From contig MU006089.1 of NCBI GenBank assembly GCA_010093705.1, forward strand, positions 1,118,455 through 1,182,454: a DNA stretch of 64,000 nucleotides, in the 5' to 3' direction. The DNA is from Patellaria atrata CBS 101060. Its lineage: Eukaryota. The notes beneath the pieces were generated by a model. It made no database searches. It had not been told where the DNA came from and saw only the letters and a list, made by a program, of their open reading frames with translations. Positions within the stretch are counted from its first letter, which is position 1, and every line of letters begins with the position of its first letter. The position numbers were made by a program, and so were the translations under genes. Below are positions 62,951-64,000 of the stretch, piece after piece.

Positions 62951-64000
62951 GTTGTACTGAGTACGAAAATATTCCAACGTAAGCGGACGTTGGCCTTGGC
63001 TACGGTCGTCATTTATGAGTAGGAAACCATTTGGAGTTGAAACACTCGGGTTTAGGCGAGCGCTAGTCAGTTATCCGCCGTTTAAATAATAATGCATTGG
63101 ATGATTGCTGGTTTCTGGATGGACGAAAAGGTCCGAACGTACTCTATACACGAACATTAATAGAAGCGCCCACATCTGCTATAAACGACCCACTGGAATC
63201 AAGCGGCGTGACCGGCAGCAAAGGTGCCCTTGATGCATTCGGTGCACCGGATTCTCGTAGGGGAGGGCAAGTTCCGTGTATATTCAGCTGAGCTGGGTGG
63301 GAGCTGTCATGGGATTGGCAAGGCAGAATGGATGCCTTGGGAGTTAGGTTTACATGTACTTCTATATGAACGTGGCTGTGCGGCTGATGTAACTGGTCGT
63401 ACTAACCTAGTGGAGTTGTTGTTTCTATCCACAAGGAGAATAGATGTTTTGTAATCGCATTTTTATTGAACTAGCGGTCGAATAAAAGCTCTCACCGCTG
63501 TAATTACTTGACTACAGTGATATTTTTTGAATTCAACGTTGACGACGTCGTGATAGGACTTGTAATTTATAGCCTAAAATTGCCCGTAATGCCACGAGGT
63601 TTTGATCCAGGTTGATGGCACCTTATCCTATTTTGGCTAAACGTTTCGATGGAGTAACAAACATCATATCCATCTTCTCAGCCTCACCTCACCATTTCTT
63701 GACAATTCTGTCCTCAAGGCATAAGGCCGAAACCCAACCTTCTACGCGCTCGCCGATGAAAAAATCTTTTCGTGCAACTCCTGCCCAGAGCACCAATTGT
63801 AAATCCTCCTTATTTGACCTATCGTCAATTTCGGAGAGGAGGGACACCCTCTCATGAATTACAGGAAGGAGTCTGCTTTTGTTCTTCAATGGGAATGGGT
63901 ATCAAACCGGCAATCGTACGTTTTTGACTTTAGATCTCTATCTTGATACTTTGAAATATGATCTACATATCTGTCACTGATGCTTATTTTGATGCTGATG

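Overview
Gene-dense, intron-containing DNA from a filamentous ascomycete (Pezizomycotina; Eurotiomycetes-like is an inference from protein style and short GT-AG introns with CTRAY branch sites). It holds about 22 protein-coding genes. Recognisable ones are GPD1, a GPI-anchored Cys-rich protein, a Dal5/Tna1-type MFS permease, BET2, a RhoGAP, GDB1, a GliK-like gamma-glutamylcyclotransferase, sphingolipid C9-methyltransferase, CYP51, PAN1, MRI1, an aldo-keto reductase, ADE1, SNO1, a TPS3/TSL1-like subunit and a Gts1-like ArfGAP-UBA. No tRNA, rRNA, CRISPR array or transposase was recognised. Highlights: (1) an unbroken homoserine kinase-AIR synthetase (Thr1-PurM) fusion ORF sharing a 364-bp divergent promoter with ADE1; (2) a ~150-nt intergenic fold-back hairpin just downstream of a TATA box, resembling a microRNA-like RNA precursor; (3) a 21-bp tandem repeat in the CYP51 promoter; (4) a candidate Red1/Rec10/SYCP2-like meiotic axis gene behind two MCB boxes; (5) a triplicated C-terminal cassette at the RhoGAP 3' end. 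All calls come from reading the sequence; no database search or folding program was run.
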